Assembly: GCF_022846255.1 (NCBI RefSeq) | Contig: NZ_AP025682.1 | DNA length: 64,000 nucleotides | Source of the DNA: Escherichia coli | GTDB taxonomy: Bacteria > Pseudomonadota > Gammaproteobacteria > Enterobacterales > Enterobacteriaceae | Direction: 5' to 3' (one strand) | In this document: piece by piece, positions 53,084-64,000 of the stretch | Layout: the number at the start of each line of letters is the position of its first letter | Numbering within the stretch: position 1 is the stretch's first letter | Notes under the pieces: model-generated | What the model was told of the DNA's origin: nothing | Databases searched by the model: none | What the model saw: the letters and a program-made list of their open reading frames with translations, nothing else | Translations under genes and position numbers: made by a program

Positions 53084-55641
53084 CGTCCACCTCCGGAGAA
53101 CAGGCCACCATCACGCATCTGTGTCTGAATTTCATCACGGGCACCCTTGCGGGCCATGTCATACACTGCCTTCATCATCTGTGGACCTGGCAGACCATTC
53201 GTACCGTCGTTCTGAATCACCACGTGATTGTTCTGATTAAAATTAATGCCTTCAGCCCGCCGCATCTGCGCCGGACTTCCGGCACCGCCCACATAACCAC
53301 CTTCCGCATAGCCCCGCATTAGGCGGTACAGGTTGCCGACACCAATCCGGCTGGTTGCCTCCTTCGTGAAGACAAACTCACCACGGTGAACAATCCCCGC
53401 TGGCTCATATTTGCCGCCGGTTCCCGTAAATCCTCCGGTTGCAAAATGGAATTTCGCCGCAGCGGCCTGAATGGCTGTACCGCCTGACGCGGATGCGCCG
53501 CCACCAACAGCCCCGCCAATGGCGCTGCCGATACTCCCGACAATCCCCACCATTGCCTGCTTAAGCAGAATTTCTGTCATCATGGACAGCACGGAACGGG
53601 TGAAGCTTCGCCAGTTCTGCTCACTGCCGGTCAGCATCGCCGCCATATTATGCGCAATACCATCAAAGGTCTGCGTGGCAGCACTTTTAACCTGCGACAT
53701 ACTGTCCGTGGCACTCTCTTTCCACTCGCTCCAGCCGGACCTGAGGCCTGCCATCCAGTTCCCGCGAAGCAGGTCTTCAGCCGCCCAGGTCTTTTTCTGC
53801 TCTGACATGACGTTATTCAGCGCCAGAGGATTATCGCCATACTGTTCCTTCAGGCGCTGTTCCGTGGCGTCCCGCGCTGCCTGCCGGTCAGTCAGCCCCC
53901 GGTTTTTCGCCTCAATGGCTGCCCGTTTTGCCCGTTGTTGCTGTGCGAATTTATCCGCCTGCTGCGCCAGCGCGTTCAGGCGCTCCTGATACGTAACCTT
54001 GTCGCCAAGTGCAGCCAGCTGGCGTTTGTACTCCAGCGTCTCATCTTTATGCGCCAGCAGGGATTTCTCCTGTACAGACAGCTGGCGACGTTGCGCCGCC
54101 TCCTCCAGTACCGCGAACTGACTCTCCGCCTTCCACAAATCCCGGCGCTGCTGGCTGATTTTCTCATTTGCTCCGGCATGCTTCTCCAGCGTCCGGAGTT
54201 CAGCCTGAAGCGTCAGCAGGGCAGCATGAGCACTGTCTTCCTGACGATCGCCCGCAGACACCTTCACGCCGGACTGTTTCGGCTTTTTCAGCGTCGCTTC
54301 ATAGTCCTTTTTCGCCGCCGCCATCAGCGTGTTGTAATCTGCCTGCAGAATTTTCCCGTCCTTCAGTGCCTTGTTCAGTTCTTCCTGACGGGCGGTATAT
54401 TTCTCCAGCGGCGTCTGCAGCCGTTCGTAAGCCTTCTGCGCCTCTTCGGTATATTTCAGCCGTGACGCTTCAGTATCGCTCTGCTGCTGCGCATTTTTGT
54501 CCTGTTGACTCTGCTGCTCAGCCTTCTTTCTCGCGGCTTCAAGCGCAAGACGGGCCTTTTCACGATCATCCCAGTAACGCGCCCGCGCTTCATCGTTAAC
54601 AAAATAATCATCCTTGCGCAGACTCCAGATGTCGTCCGCTTTCTTAAACGCAGCCTCTGCCTTAATCAGCATCTCCTGCGCGGTATCAGGACGACCAATA
54701 TCCAGCACCGCATCCCACATGGATTTGAATGCCCGCGCTGTCCTGTCTGCCCAGGTCTCCAGCGTACCCATGTTCTCTTTCAGGCGGCGGGTCTGGTCAT
54801 CAAACCCTTTCGTCGCGGCCTCGTTCGCCGCCTGCAATGCCCCGGCTTCATCGCCGGAACGCTGCAACTGAGCAACATACGCAATCTGCTCCGTCGTCAC
54901 GTTATGGAACTGGCGTGCCATCGCTGTCAGCCCTGACGTCGGGTCTGTGGTCAGCTTCCCGAAGGCTTCAGCGACCTTGTCCACCTCCACGCCGGATGCA
55001 GAGGAGAAACGCGCCACACTCTGGCTGATGGATGCAATCTGAGCCTCACCGCTTACTCCCGCCTTAACCAGTGCGCTGAGTGACTCGCTGGTCTGGTTAA
55101 ACGTCAGCCCTGCCGCCTGCCCGGCTCTGGACAGGACCAGCATGCGATCTGCCGTCAGACCCGACTGATTGCCGGAAAGGACCAGCGTTTTGTTGAAATC
55201 GGACAGGGTTGAGTTGCCCTGATACCAGGCATACGCCAGCGCACCGGTCGCCACCGCCAGCGAGGTGGCCCCGACCATCGGCAGGGTGATCGCACCGGCA
55301 AGCCCCCTGAACATGGGGATCATCCCGCCGAAGGAGTCCTTCACCTGCCCCCCCTGTTGCAGCAGGATCAGCCACGGACTTTGCCCGCCTGCAAGCTGCG
55401 TGGCCACGTCGGTGAACTGCGCAGGCAGCATACGCATGGCAGCTTTATACTGCCCGACGGAAATCCCCGCTTTCTGTGCAGCCAGTGCCTGTCGGCTCAG
55501 CGACTGTTCAACGACTGCCGCTGTTTTTTTCGCATCACTTTCCGTACCGGAAAAATGACGCCTGACTCTGGCCATCTGCTCGTCAAATCTGGCCGCATCC
55601 AGACTCAAATCAACGACCAGATCGCCTACCGGTTCAGCCAT
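53080..55641 (-). CDS. H: Tape measure protein H
   Basis: 853 aa as in lambda gpH, long and alpha-helical. Confidence 0.96.
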   Translation of the reverse strand: MAEPVGDLVVDLSLDAARFDEQMARVRRHFSGTESDAKKTAAVVEQSLSRQALAAQKAGISVGQYKAAMRMLPAQFTDVATQLAGGQSPWLILLQQGGQVKDSFGGMIPMFRGLAGAITLPMVGATSLAVATGALAYAWYQGNSTLSDFNKTLVLSGNQSGLTADRMLVLSRAGQAAGLTFNQTSESLSALVKAGVSGEAQIASISQSVARFSSASGVEVDKVAEAFGKLTTDPTSGLTAMARQFHNVTTEQIAYVAQLQRSGDEAGALQAANEAATKGFDDQTRRLKENMGTLETWADRTARAFKSMWDAVLDIGRPDTAQEMLIKAEAAFKKADDIWSLRKDDYFVNDEARARYWDDREKARLALEAARKKAEQQSQQDKNAQQQSDTEASRLKYTEEAQKAYERLQTPLEKYTARQEELNKALKDGKILQADYNTLMAAAKKDYEATLKKPKQSGVKVSAGDRQEDSAHAALLTLQAELRTLEKHAGANEKISQQRRDLWKAESQFAVLEEAAQRRQLSVQEKSLLAHKDETLEYKRQLAALGDKVTYQERLNALAQQADKFAQQQRAKRAAIEAKNRGLTDRQAARDATEQRLKEQYGDNPLALNNVMSEQKKTWAAEDLLRGNWMAGLRSGWSEWKESATDSMSQVKSAATQTFDGIAHNMAAMLTGSEQNWRSFTRSVLSMMTEILLKQAMVGIVGSIGSAIGGAVGGGASASGGTAIQAAAAKFHFATGGFTGTGGKYEPAGIVHRGEFVFTKEATSRIGVGNLYRLMRGYAEGGYVGGAGSPAQMRRAEGINFNQNNHVVIQNDGTNGLPGPQMMKAVYDMARKGARDEIQTQMRDGGLFSGGGR

Positions 55642-56472
55642 ACCGGACTCCTCCTGCGATCCCTTCTGATACTGTCATCAGCATTACGTCATCCTCCGTC
55701 ATGTCCGCCACATCCGGGGAAGCGGGGATAACTTCATTCCCGTCCGGGCCAAAGCGGACACCTCCGGCAAGCCCTGCCGCTTTCTGCATCAGCACATCAT
55801 CTTCAGGCTCTTCGTCAGCCTCGCGCCGGTTCAGCAGACTGAAATCCAGCGGATGCATATCCGGATCGCTGAAAAACAGGCTGAGTACGGTGTACGTCAG
55901 CCCGGAAAAGTGCATATCCAGCAGAACATCATGAAAATAATGGGTACTGTAAAAGCGGTGCCAGTCGGCATACTCCGTGGATGACATCCCGGCAAGCATG
56001 GCACGCCAGTCGGGTCGCCCCATCTCGCGCGCCAGTTTCAGGGCAAAACTCAGCTCACCGTCGAACACTTTCCCGCAGAAACAGGCTCTGCAGGCCCGGC
56101 GTCCTCTGCCTGTTCAGGAGCATCATTCACCACAAACTCATACATACCGGACAGCCGGTACACCACGTTTTCAGCATGAGAAATTGCCTCTGTGGGCCAG
56201 GTGGTAAGCACTTCCCGCTCAATCTGTTTAACGGCTTCATTCATGGAAGGCAGCTTTGTCTTCTTCGGATGGTTATGCCACAGGGACATCGCCACCAGAA
56301 ACGCGCCGGTTCTGATGGCGTCTTCCACAGTAAACTTCCGGTTGCTGTCTGACTCCGCCTGTTCTGCCTGCCGTTTCATCAGGGCGAGATGCTCAATACG
56401 CTGCAGGGCTGACAGTTCAGAAAGCGTGACGGTCACACCGTTATGTTCAAATGATTCGGTTTTCAGGAACAT
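55634..56472 (-). CDS. T: Tail assembly chaperone G-T (made by a -1 programmed frameshift)
   Basis: The slippery heptamer G GGA AAG lies on the minus strand at 56074-56068, five codons before the G stop. The -1 frame stays open to 55634 (the T portion). Confidence 0.9.
56050..56472 (-). CDS. G: Tail assembly chaperone G
   Basis: 140 aa as in lambda gpG. Confidence 0.95.
   Translation of the reverse strand: MFLKTESFEHNGVTVTLSELSALQRIEHLALMKRQAEQAESDSNRKFTVEDAIRTGAFLVAMSLWHNHPKKTKLPSMNEAVKQIEREVLTTWPTEAISHAENVVYRLSGMYEFVVNDAPEQAEDAGPAEPVSAGKCSTVS
56068..56074 (-). promoter_or_regulatory. G/T -1 ribosomal frameshift site GGGAAAG
   Basis: The heptamer and frame arrangement are identical to those known for lambda G-T. 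Confidence 0.9.
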
Positions 56473-56487
56473 CGCTGACTCTCCGGA

Positions 56488-57228
56488 TTAACTGGCGGTG
56501 ACGTTGATTTCTGCAACCGCAGCAAGTTCACCATTACCGGATACGACCGGAATGTTGACCTTGCCTGCAGCAACACCTTTCACGGTGATGGTCATACCAC
56601 TGACCGACACGGTGGCTTTTGTTTTATCCGCAGACACCGCACGGAAGCTCTTGTCGGTTGCGCCCTCCGGCTGGAATGCCACGGTCAGCGTGGTGCTCTG
56701 CCCTTTCACTACGGAAGCACTGGCGGGTGTCACCGTCATGCCGGTTGTCGCCGTCACCGTGCTGCGATCTTCTGCCATCGACGGACGTCCCACATTGGTG
56801 ACCTTCACCGTGCGGGTAATCACTTCCTTCGCCGTCACCGCCTTACCGATACTGCTGACCCAGCCACGGAACACATCGACCGTGCCGTTCGGGAAGCGGA
56901 TTTTATAGGCACGGATATCACCTTCATTAAACCACGCCAGCAGCGCCTGCTGCCCCTGCTCTCCGGGCATCCACGCCAGCGTGAAGCTGGTATCTCCGGC
57001 AGATTTCTGCCCCTGCCCGGTCGCAGTCCAGTCTGCATCTTCATCATCGAGATAGCTGTCGTCATAGGACTCAGCGGTCAGTTCGCCGGGCGTCAGGTCT
57101 TTAACTTTTGCCAGACGCGACCAGTCAACGTCTGAAAGCGGGTTCGCATAAGGGTCACCGCTCCCCTTATAAACCCACAGGGTGGTCCCGGCACCTTTCA
57201 CCGGCATTGTAGGATTTGGTACAGGCAT
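56488..57228 (-). CDS. V: Major tail protein V
   Basis: 246 aa from [24 protein letters not shown], with a C-terminal Ig-like domain. Confidence 0.95.
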   Translation of the reverse strand: MPVPNPTMPVKGAGTTLWVYKGSGDPYANPLSDVDWSRLAKVKDLTPGELTAESYDDSYLDDEDADWTATGQGQKSAGDTSFTLAWMPGEQGQQALLAWFNEGDIRAYKIRFPNGTVDVFRGWVSSIGKAVTAKEVITRTVKVTNVGRPSMAEDRSTVTATTGMTVTPASASVVKGQSTTLTVAFQPEGATDKSFRAVSADKTKATVSVSGMTITVKGVAAGKVNIPVVSGNGELAAVAEINVTAS

Positions 57229-57235
57229 AGCGTCC

Positions 57236-57631
57236 TCACATTTCATAGGTAATGACATAAGTCAGATCGGCTGAACTCCACAGGCCCGCATCATCGTCGC
57301 GCCGGTAGTCATAGCCGCTGGCCACCATACTGGTGATCAAATCTGACAGTGCCGGGATATCGCTCATCACCGGGTAAATCCGGGACTCCATCCACGAATC
57401 CAGCTCTGAATCCGGCACCTGAGCAGGCAGGAAAACTTCGATATGCAGCTCCGCCTGCCAGGTATCGCTGTCCAGCTCTTCGCCCGTGTATTCAGCGCCG
57501 GTGAGATAAACGGCAACTGCCGGAAAATCCGCCTCATCAAAAACAGCGGGGCGACCATCAAAAAACGTCGCCCCGGTGTCATGCTTCTCCAGTGCATCCA
57601 GTACGGCTGCACGGAGTTCAGTATGTTTCAT
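57236..57631 (-). CDS. U: Tail terminator U
   Basis: 131 aa as in lambda gpU. Confidence 0.95.
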   Translation of the reverse strand: MKHTELRAAVLDALEKHDTGATFFDGRPAVFDEADFPAVAVYLTGAEYTGEELDSDTWQAELHIEVFLPAQVPDSELDSWMESRIYPVMSDIPALSDLITSMVASGYDYRRDDDAGLWSSADLTYVITYEM

Positions 57632-58206
57632 CGCTTTATTACCATCCTCAGTTGATGCTGCAGCGCATAGCCCAGCTCTTTCGGAAGACGTTCACGCCGT
57701 ATCCGCTCAATATTTTGTTTAAACGCCGTGGTCAGCGGCACCGCCATCGGGATTTTCACTACATCAATGGGGTAACGGTTTTTCCCGGCCACACGCTGCA
57801 TGACATGCCACCGGCCATTTTTCAGTTGCTGAATAAACGCGCCGGGAATACGACGGTTACCCACCACAAGCACGCTGCCGCCACCTTTCAGGGATGAACG
57901 CTGCCCCTTTTTACGACGCCTGCGTCGGGACAGGACAATCCGCGCGTTACCCAGCTTTATTACGGGCAAATCCCCCCGGTTAACCCTGATTCTGGCCTGC
58001 GGATTTTTGACCGTGGCCCTTTTCAGCCTGGCCCTTTCCTTTACCAGTTTCCGGCGTACCTTTGTCTCACGGGCAACCTGTGACGCCGACTGCGATATCG
58101 CGGATGAAGCAACGCGGTTAATGGCCATTGCGGCGGCACCGGGCACCGCCGTTCTGCTGATACGGCTGAGGTTTTCAACGGCCTGCTCAAGACCTTTTAT
58201 GGCCAT
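57628..58206 (-). CDS. Z: Tail completion protein Z
   Basis: 192 aa as in lambda gpZ. Confidence 0.95.
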   Translation of the reverse strand: MAIKGLEQAVENLSRISRTAVPGAAAMAINRVASSAISQSASQVARETKVRRKLVKERARLKRATVKNPQARIRVNRGDLPVIKLGNARIVLSRRRRRKKGQRSSLKGGGSVLVVGNRRIPGAFIQQLKNGRWHVMQRVAGKNRYPIDVVKIPMAVPLTTAFKQNIERIRRERLPKELGYALQHQLRMVIKR

Positions 58207-58217
58207 ACATCCCCCTT

Positions 58218-58571
58218 TCAGCGGCGACGGTTAACGGCAGGCGGTACGCCCCGCCCAAGCCAGAGATGACAGCTTCCGCCATCATCCGGCGAAATCCGGT
58301 CTATCCAGAAGTTTTCCTCACCGATGGTCAGCGTGTCGCCGCGCCGCAGCTGCCGCACATCATCAGTCCGGACAAACAGGGACGGGCTGGAGCCTTCAAC
58401 GCGCACGCCCTGTCCGGCATAGCTGATATTTTCAGGGTCATCAAAAACACCACGTATCACAGCACCGGACTGCTCACCGGATGTCATGGTGGCTGACGTT
58501 CCCATGTACCCGCGTATCGTTTCATCGGCGCGGGCAATGGCAGCATCGAACAGGTTATCGAAATCAGCCAC
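58218..58571 (-). CDS. FII: Head-tail joining protein FII
   Basis: 117 aa as in lambda gpFII. Confidence 0.95.
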   Translation of the reverse strand: MADFDNLFDAAIARADETIRGYMGTSATMTSGEQSGAVIRGVFDDPENISYAGQGVRVEGSSPSLFVRTDDVRQLRRGDTLTIGEENFWIDRISPDDGGSCHLWLGRGVPPAVNRRR

Positions 58572-58582
58572 AGCGCCTCCCG

Positions 58583-58978
58583 TTATTGCATTCTGGCCAG
58601 GCCGCGCTCTGTCATTTCGGCTGCCACACCGGCAGAGACACGAAACGCCGTTCCCGGCAGCACAAATGCCACAGGTTCATCCCGCGTGGCGTGAAGTGCA
58701 TCAGTATGCAGCGTCACCAGTGCCACAACCGTGACCAGATCAGCCGTATCAGTCACGGTATCCGGCTGCGCTGATACCACCTCATTTTCATGTCCGGTCA
58801 GCGCATTTTCCGGGCTGACAGATGTGTCCTGACCGGCAGCGTCATCCGTGTCATCAAGCTCCTCTTCCAGCTCTGCCACACGGAGCACCAGTTCTTCTTT
58901 CGTCCCCGTCAGGCTGACATCACGGTTCAGTTGTTCACCCAGCGAGCGGAGACGGGCAATCAGTTCATCTTTCGTCAT
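58583..58978 (-). CDS. FI: DNA packaging protein FI
   Basis: 131 aa from MTKDELIARLRSLGEQLNRDVSLTGTKEEL. Confidence 0.92.
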   Translation of the reverse strand: MTKDELIARLRSLGEQLNRDVSLTGTKEELVLRVAELEEELDDTDDAAGQDTSVSPENALTGHENEVVSAQPDTVTDTADLVTVVALVTLHTDALHATRDEPVAFVLPGTAFRVSAGVAAEMTERGLARMQ

Positions 58979-59018
58979 GGACTCCTCCACAGAGAGAAAT
59001 GGCCCCGAAGGGCCATGA

Positions 59019-60044
59019 TTACGCCAGTTGTACGGACACGAACTCATCAGGATCAGCCAGCAGCATTAGCGGTGCTGACTGAATCATGGTGAACTCACGC
59101 GCCGGATCGCCGGATGTCTTCCAGTTTTTCGGATAACGAGGAGACGCATTAATACCCTCACTCAATGCATCCGCATCCTGAATACAGCCATAGGTGCGCA
59201 GACCGCGAGCCTGAGTGTTCCCCAGCACCATCGTGTTGTCCGGCAGGAAGTTCTTTTTGACGCCGTTTTCCACGTACTGTCCGGAATACACGACGATGGC
59301 CACATCGCCATACATTCCCTTATAGGACACCGCTTTGCCCAGGTCTTTTACCGCTGTCTCCAGCTCGGAATGAGAGCCGCGACGGGTATCCAGCTTCTCC
59401 CTGACGGCTTTGAAGGAACGGAACAGCGCCCAGCCTTTCGGATCGAACACGATGATATTCACCACACCGCTGGCGTTCAGCGCGTAGGCTTCGATATCGT
59501 CGGTCGGGTCATACGTGGACTTGTCACGCTTGCTCCACTCCGTGCCGCCGGACTGCGTGATGTTATTCGCCGCACTGCGGCCCATATCCACCTCAACCGG
59601 ATCGAAGGCTTCACCGGTCATGGTGTATTTGCCCTTAAGCACGGCAGAAACTGCCTGCATCTCTTCGACCTGGGCAATGGCCAGCTCTTCGTCACGCATG
59701 TTCTGCATGATGATGCGACGGCGACGGTAAGCCGGATCCGCCAGATTCTGCGGATCTTCATCCGGCAGGCGACGCAGGGTCATCTGCGGATTCACTTCAT
59801 GCTTCGGCTTGACATATCCCGGCGTAAATTCAGAGGTGGAGCCGCCACGGGAGCGGATAACCTCACCGGAAACAATCGGCGAAACGTACAGCGCCATGTT
59901 TACCAGTCCCGGAATTTGTGAGAGATAGACTTTCTCCGTGGTGAAGGGATAGCTCTCACGGAAAAAGAGGCGCAGAAACAGCGGATCAAACTTAAATTTC
60001 TGCTCATTTGCCGCCAGCAGCTGGGCGGTTGTGTACATCGACAT
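59019..60044 (-). CDS. E: Major capsid protein E
   Basis: 341 aa from MSMYTTAQLLAANEQKFKFDPLFLRLFF. Confidence 0.96.
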   Translation of the reverse strand: MSMYTTAQLLAANEQKFKFDPLFLRLFFRESYPFTTEKVYLSQIPGLVNMALYVSPIVSGEVIRSRGGSTSEFTPGYVKPKHEVNPQMTLRRLPDEDPQNLADPAYRRRRIIMQNMRDEELAIAQVEEMQAVSAVLKGKYTMTGEAFDPVEVDMGRSAANNITQSGGTEWSKRDKSTYDPTDDIEAYALNASGVVNIIVFDPKGWALFRSFKAVREKLDTRRGSHSELETAVKDLGKAVSYKGMYGDVAIVVYSGQYVENGVKKNFLPDNTMVLGNTQARGLRTYGCIQDADALSEGINASPRYPKNWKTSGDPAREFTMIQSAPLMLLADPDEFVSVQLA

Positions 60045-60099
60045 AAAAAAATCCCGTAAAAAAAGCCGCACAGGCGGCCTTTAGTGATGAAGGGTAAGG

Positions 60100-60432
60100 T
60101 TAAACGATGCTGATTGCCGTTCCGGCAAACGCGGTCCGTTTTTTCGTCTCATCGCTGGCAGCCTCCGGCCAGAGCACATCCTCATAACGGAACGTGCCGG
60201 ACTTGTAGAACGTCAGCGTGGTGCTGGTCTGGTCAGCATCAACCGCCAGAATGCCAACGGCAGCACCGTCGGTGGTGCCATCCCACGCAACCAGCTTACG
60301 GGTGGAGGTGTCCAGCATCAGCGGGGTCATTGCAGGCGCTTTCGCACTCAATCCGCCGGGCGCGGTTGCGGTATGAGCCGGGTCACTGTTGCCCAGCGGC
60401 TGGTAATGGGTAAAGGTTTCTTTGCTCGTCAT
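60100..60432 (-). CDS. D: Head decoration protein D
   Basis: 110 aa from [27 protein letters not shown]. Confidence 0.95.
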   Translation of the reverse strand: MTSKETFTHYQPLGNSDPAHTATAPGGLSAKAPAMTPLMLDTSTRKLVAWDGTTDGAAVGILAVDADQTSTTLTFYKSGTFRYEDVLWPEAASDETKKRTAFAGTAISIV

Positions 60433-60441
60433 AAACATCCC

Positions 60442-61047
60442 TTACACTGGTGTGTTCAGCAAATCGTTAACGGCATCAGATGCCGGGTTACCTGCAGCCA
60501 GCGGTGCCGGTGCCCCCTGCATCAGACGATCCAGCGCAGTGTCACTGCGCGCCTGTGCACTCTGTGGTGCTGCGGCCAGAATGCGGCGGGCCGTTTCCAC
60601 GGTCATTCCGGGGGTTTCTGCCAGCACGCGTGCCTGTTCTTCGCGTCCGTGAGCCTCCTCACAGTTGAGGATCCCCATAATGCGGCTGTTTTCTGCCGCA
60701 ACCGCTGCGGTGATCTGCGCGTTCACGTCCGGCTGCGCCGCGCTGGCGTTCTCGCCCTCCGTCGCTGGCACCACGCCAGTAACGTCAGCCTGCGAAGCAG
60801 TGGCTGAAACAGTTGTTGATTGAGTCTCTTTGGTCATTCGCCCTCCTGAGAGACGGGATTTACGTGCATCCAGTGCATCACGCATGACGGTGATCGCATC
60901 GGTACTGTTAACAAGTTCATCAGCCAGTCCGGCATCAATGGCCTCCTGACCGCTGTACACTGCAGCCTCGGTATCCAGCACAGCCTGCACGGACAGGCCG
61001 GTATATGCCGACACCTTCTGTGCAAACATCCGGCGGGTTGCATCCAT
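60442..61047 (-). CDS. nu3: Scaffold Nu3 (nested, in-frame C-terminal third of C)
   Basis: An in-frame ATG at 61047 (MDATRRMFAQKV...) gives 201 aa. This is the nested arrangement and size known for lambda Nu3. Confidence 0.7.
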   Translation of the reverse strand: MDATRRMFAQKVSAYTGLSVQAVLDTEAAVYSGQEAIDAGLADELVNSTDAITVMRDALDARKSRLSGGRMTKETQSTTVSATASQADVTGVVPATEGENASAAQPDVNAQITAAVAAENSRIMGILNCEEAHGREEQARVLAETPGMTVETARRILAAAPQSAQARSDTALDRLMQGAPAPLAAGNPASDAVNDLLNTPV

Positions 61048-61741
61048 CCGGGACTGCAGTGTTTCCCGGACATCATCCGGTAGATGGCTGTAGGGGTTGC
61101 CATCCACCTTATGGCTGCCGCTGTAAATCAGCGTGATTTCCACGCCCTGTTTCTCCAGCGCAGCACCGTAATTACTGTGAGCCATCATGACGCCGATGGA
61201 GCCTGTCCGGGCGGTCTGCGTGACCAGACGTCGGGAGGCGGCGCTGGCAAGCAACTGACCTGCACTGCAGTTCATGTCGTTGGCCAGCGCCCATACCGGC
61301 TTTATGTCACGCACACGGGCGATGATGTCAGCGCAGTCAAATGCCCCTGCCACCATCCCGCCTGGCGTATCCATATCGAGCAGAATGCCGTCCACCATCG
61401 GGTCGCTGGCAGCCTGTTGCAGACGGGCGATAATGCCGTTGTAACCGGTCATCCCCGAATACGGCTGCAGCGCTCGCGTCCGACTGACCAGCGTGCCGGA
61501 CACCGGCAGCACGGCGATGCCGTTCATGACCTGATAACTGCGGGCCTGTCGTGGTCCGTCATCATCAACGGATAACGCCAGCGCCGCGGGTGCCTCTCCG
61601 GCAGTCAGGCTGTCGCCGGATACCGCATCCGTCATGCGGCTGATCCCAAGCTGGCCTGCAAGCGCACAAAAGAAAACCCGCGCATAGGCGGGTTCAAGCA
61701 TCAGCGGCTCATTAAAGGCCATACTGGCAATATGCGGGAGA

Positions 61742-61761
<20 letters not shown>
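60442..61761 (-). CDS. C: Capsid protease/scaffold C
   Basis: 439 aa from a GTG start (61761-59) reading (M)TAELRNLPHIASMAFNEPL. It overlaps the 3' end of B by 20 nt, as in lambda. Confidence 0.9.

Positions 61762-64000
<2,239 letters not shown>

Overview
Escherichia coli chromosome, running in reverse orientation to the K-12 map. Bases 1-35.3 kb are core genome. Gene order is csgDEFG, ycdZ-ycdY-ycdX-ghrA, tRNA-Ser serX, phoH, efeBOU, putP/putA, rutR/rutABCDEFG, ymdF, wrbA-yccJ, agp, cbpAM and torDAC/torR/torT. All of these were recognised from the translated ORFs and from known control elements: put operators, tor boxes, a Pho box, Fur boxes, a sigma54 rut promoter and REP clusters. The core differs from my recollection of K-12 in five ways. 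(i) The ycdU-ycdT-pgaABCD segment between serX and phoH is absent and a single membrane-anchored DUF2726-like gene sits there. (ii) yccE is absent. (iii) efeU is intact. (iv) agp carries an amber codon at codon 21. (v) torS is not next to torT. From about 35.3 kb to the window end there is a lambda-like prophage. Its attR, next to torT, combines an HK022-type core with a lambda-type P arm and a tI/sib hairpin. The full lambda-type head and tail operon (A', W, B, C/Nu3, D, E, FI, FII, Z, U, V, G/G-T, H, M, L, K, I, J, lom and a side tail fibre module) is on the minus strand. Between the tail fibres and attR, the position of the lambda b region, lies non-phage cargo: a LysR regulator, an exported alpha/beta hydrolase and an MFS transporter. 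The most interesting item is also there: an AT-rich cassette with one 592-aa gene that fuses a P-loop NTPase-like domain to a dCMP/cytidine-deaminase domain. This is the AvcD/dCTP-deaminase type of nucleotide-depletion antiphage architecture. It is flanked by ORF-poor, decayed DNA that could hide a cis-encoded regulatory or antitoxin RNA. No rRNA genes, CRISPR arrays, intact IS elements or integrase genes were seen. All homology statements come from memory of protein families and of the lambda and K-12 sequences, not from searches.
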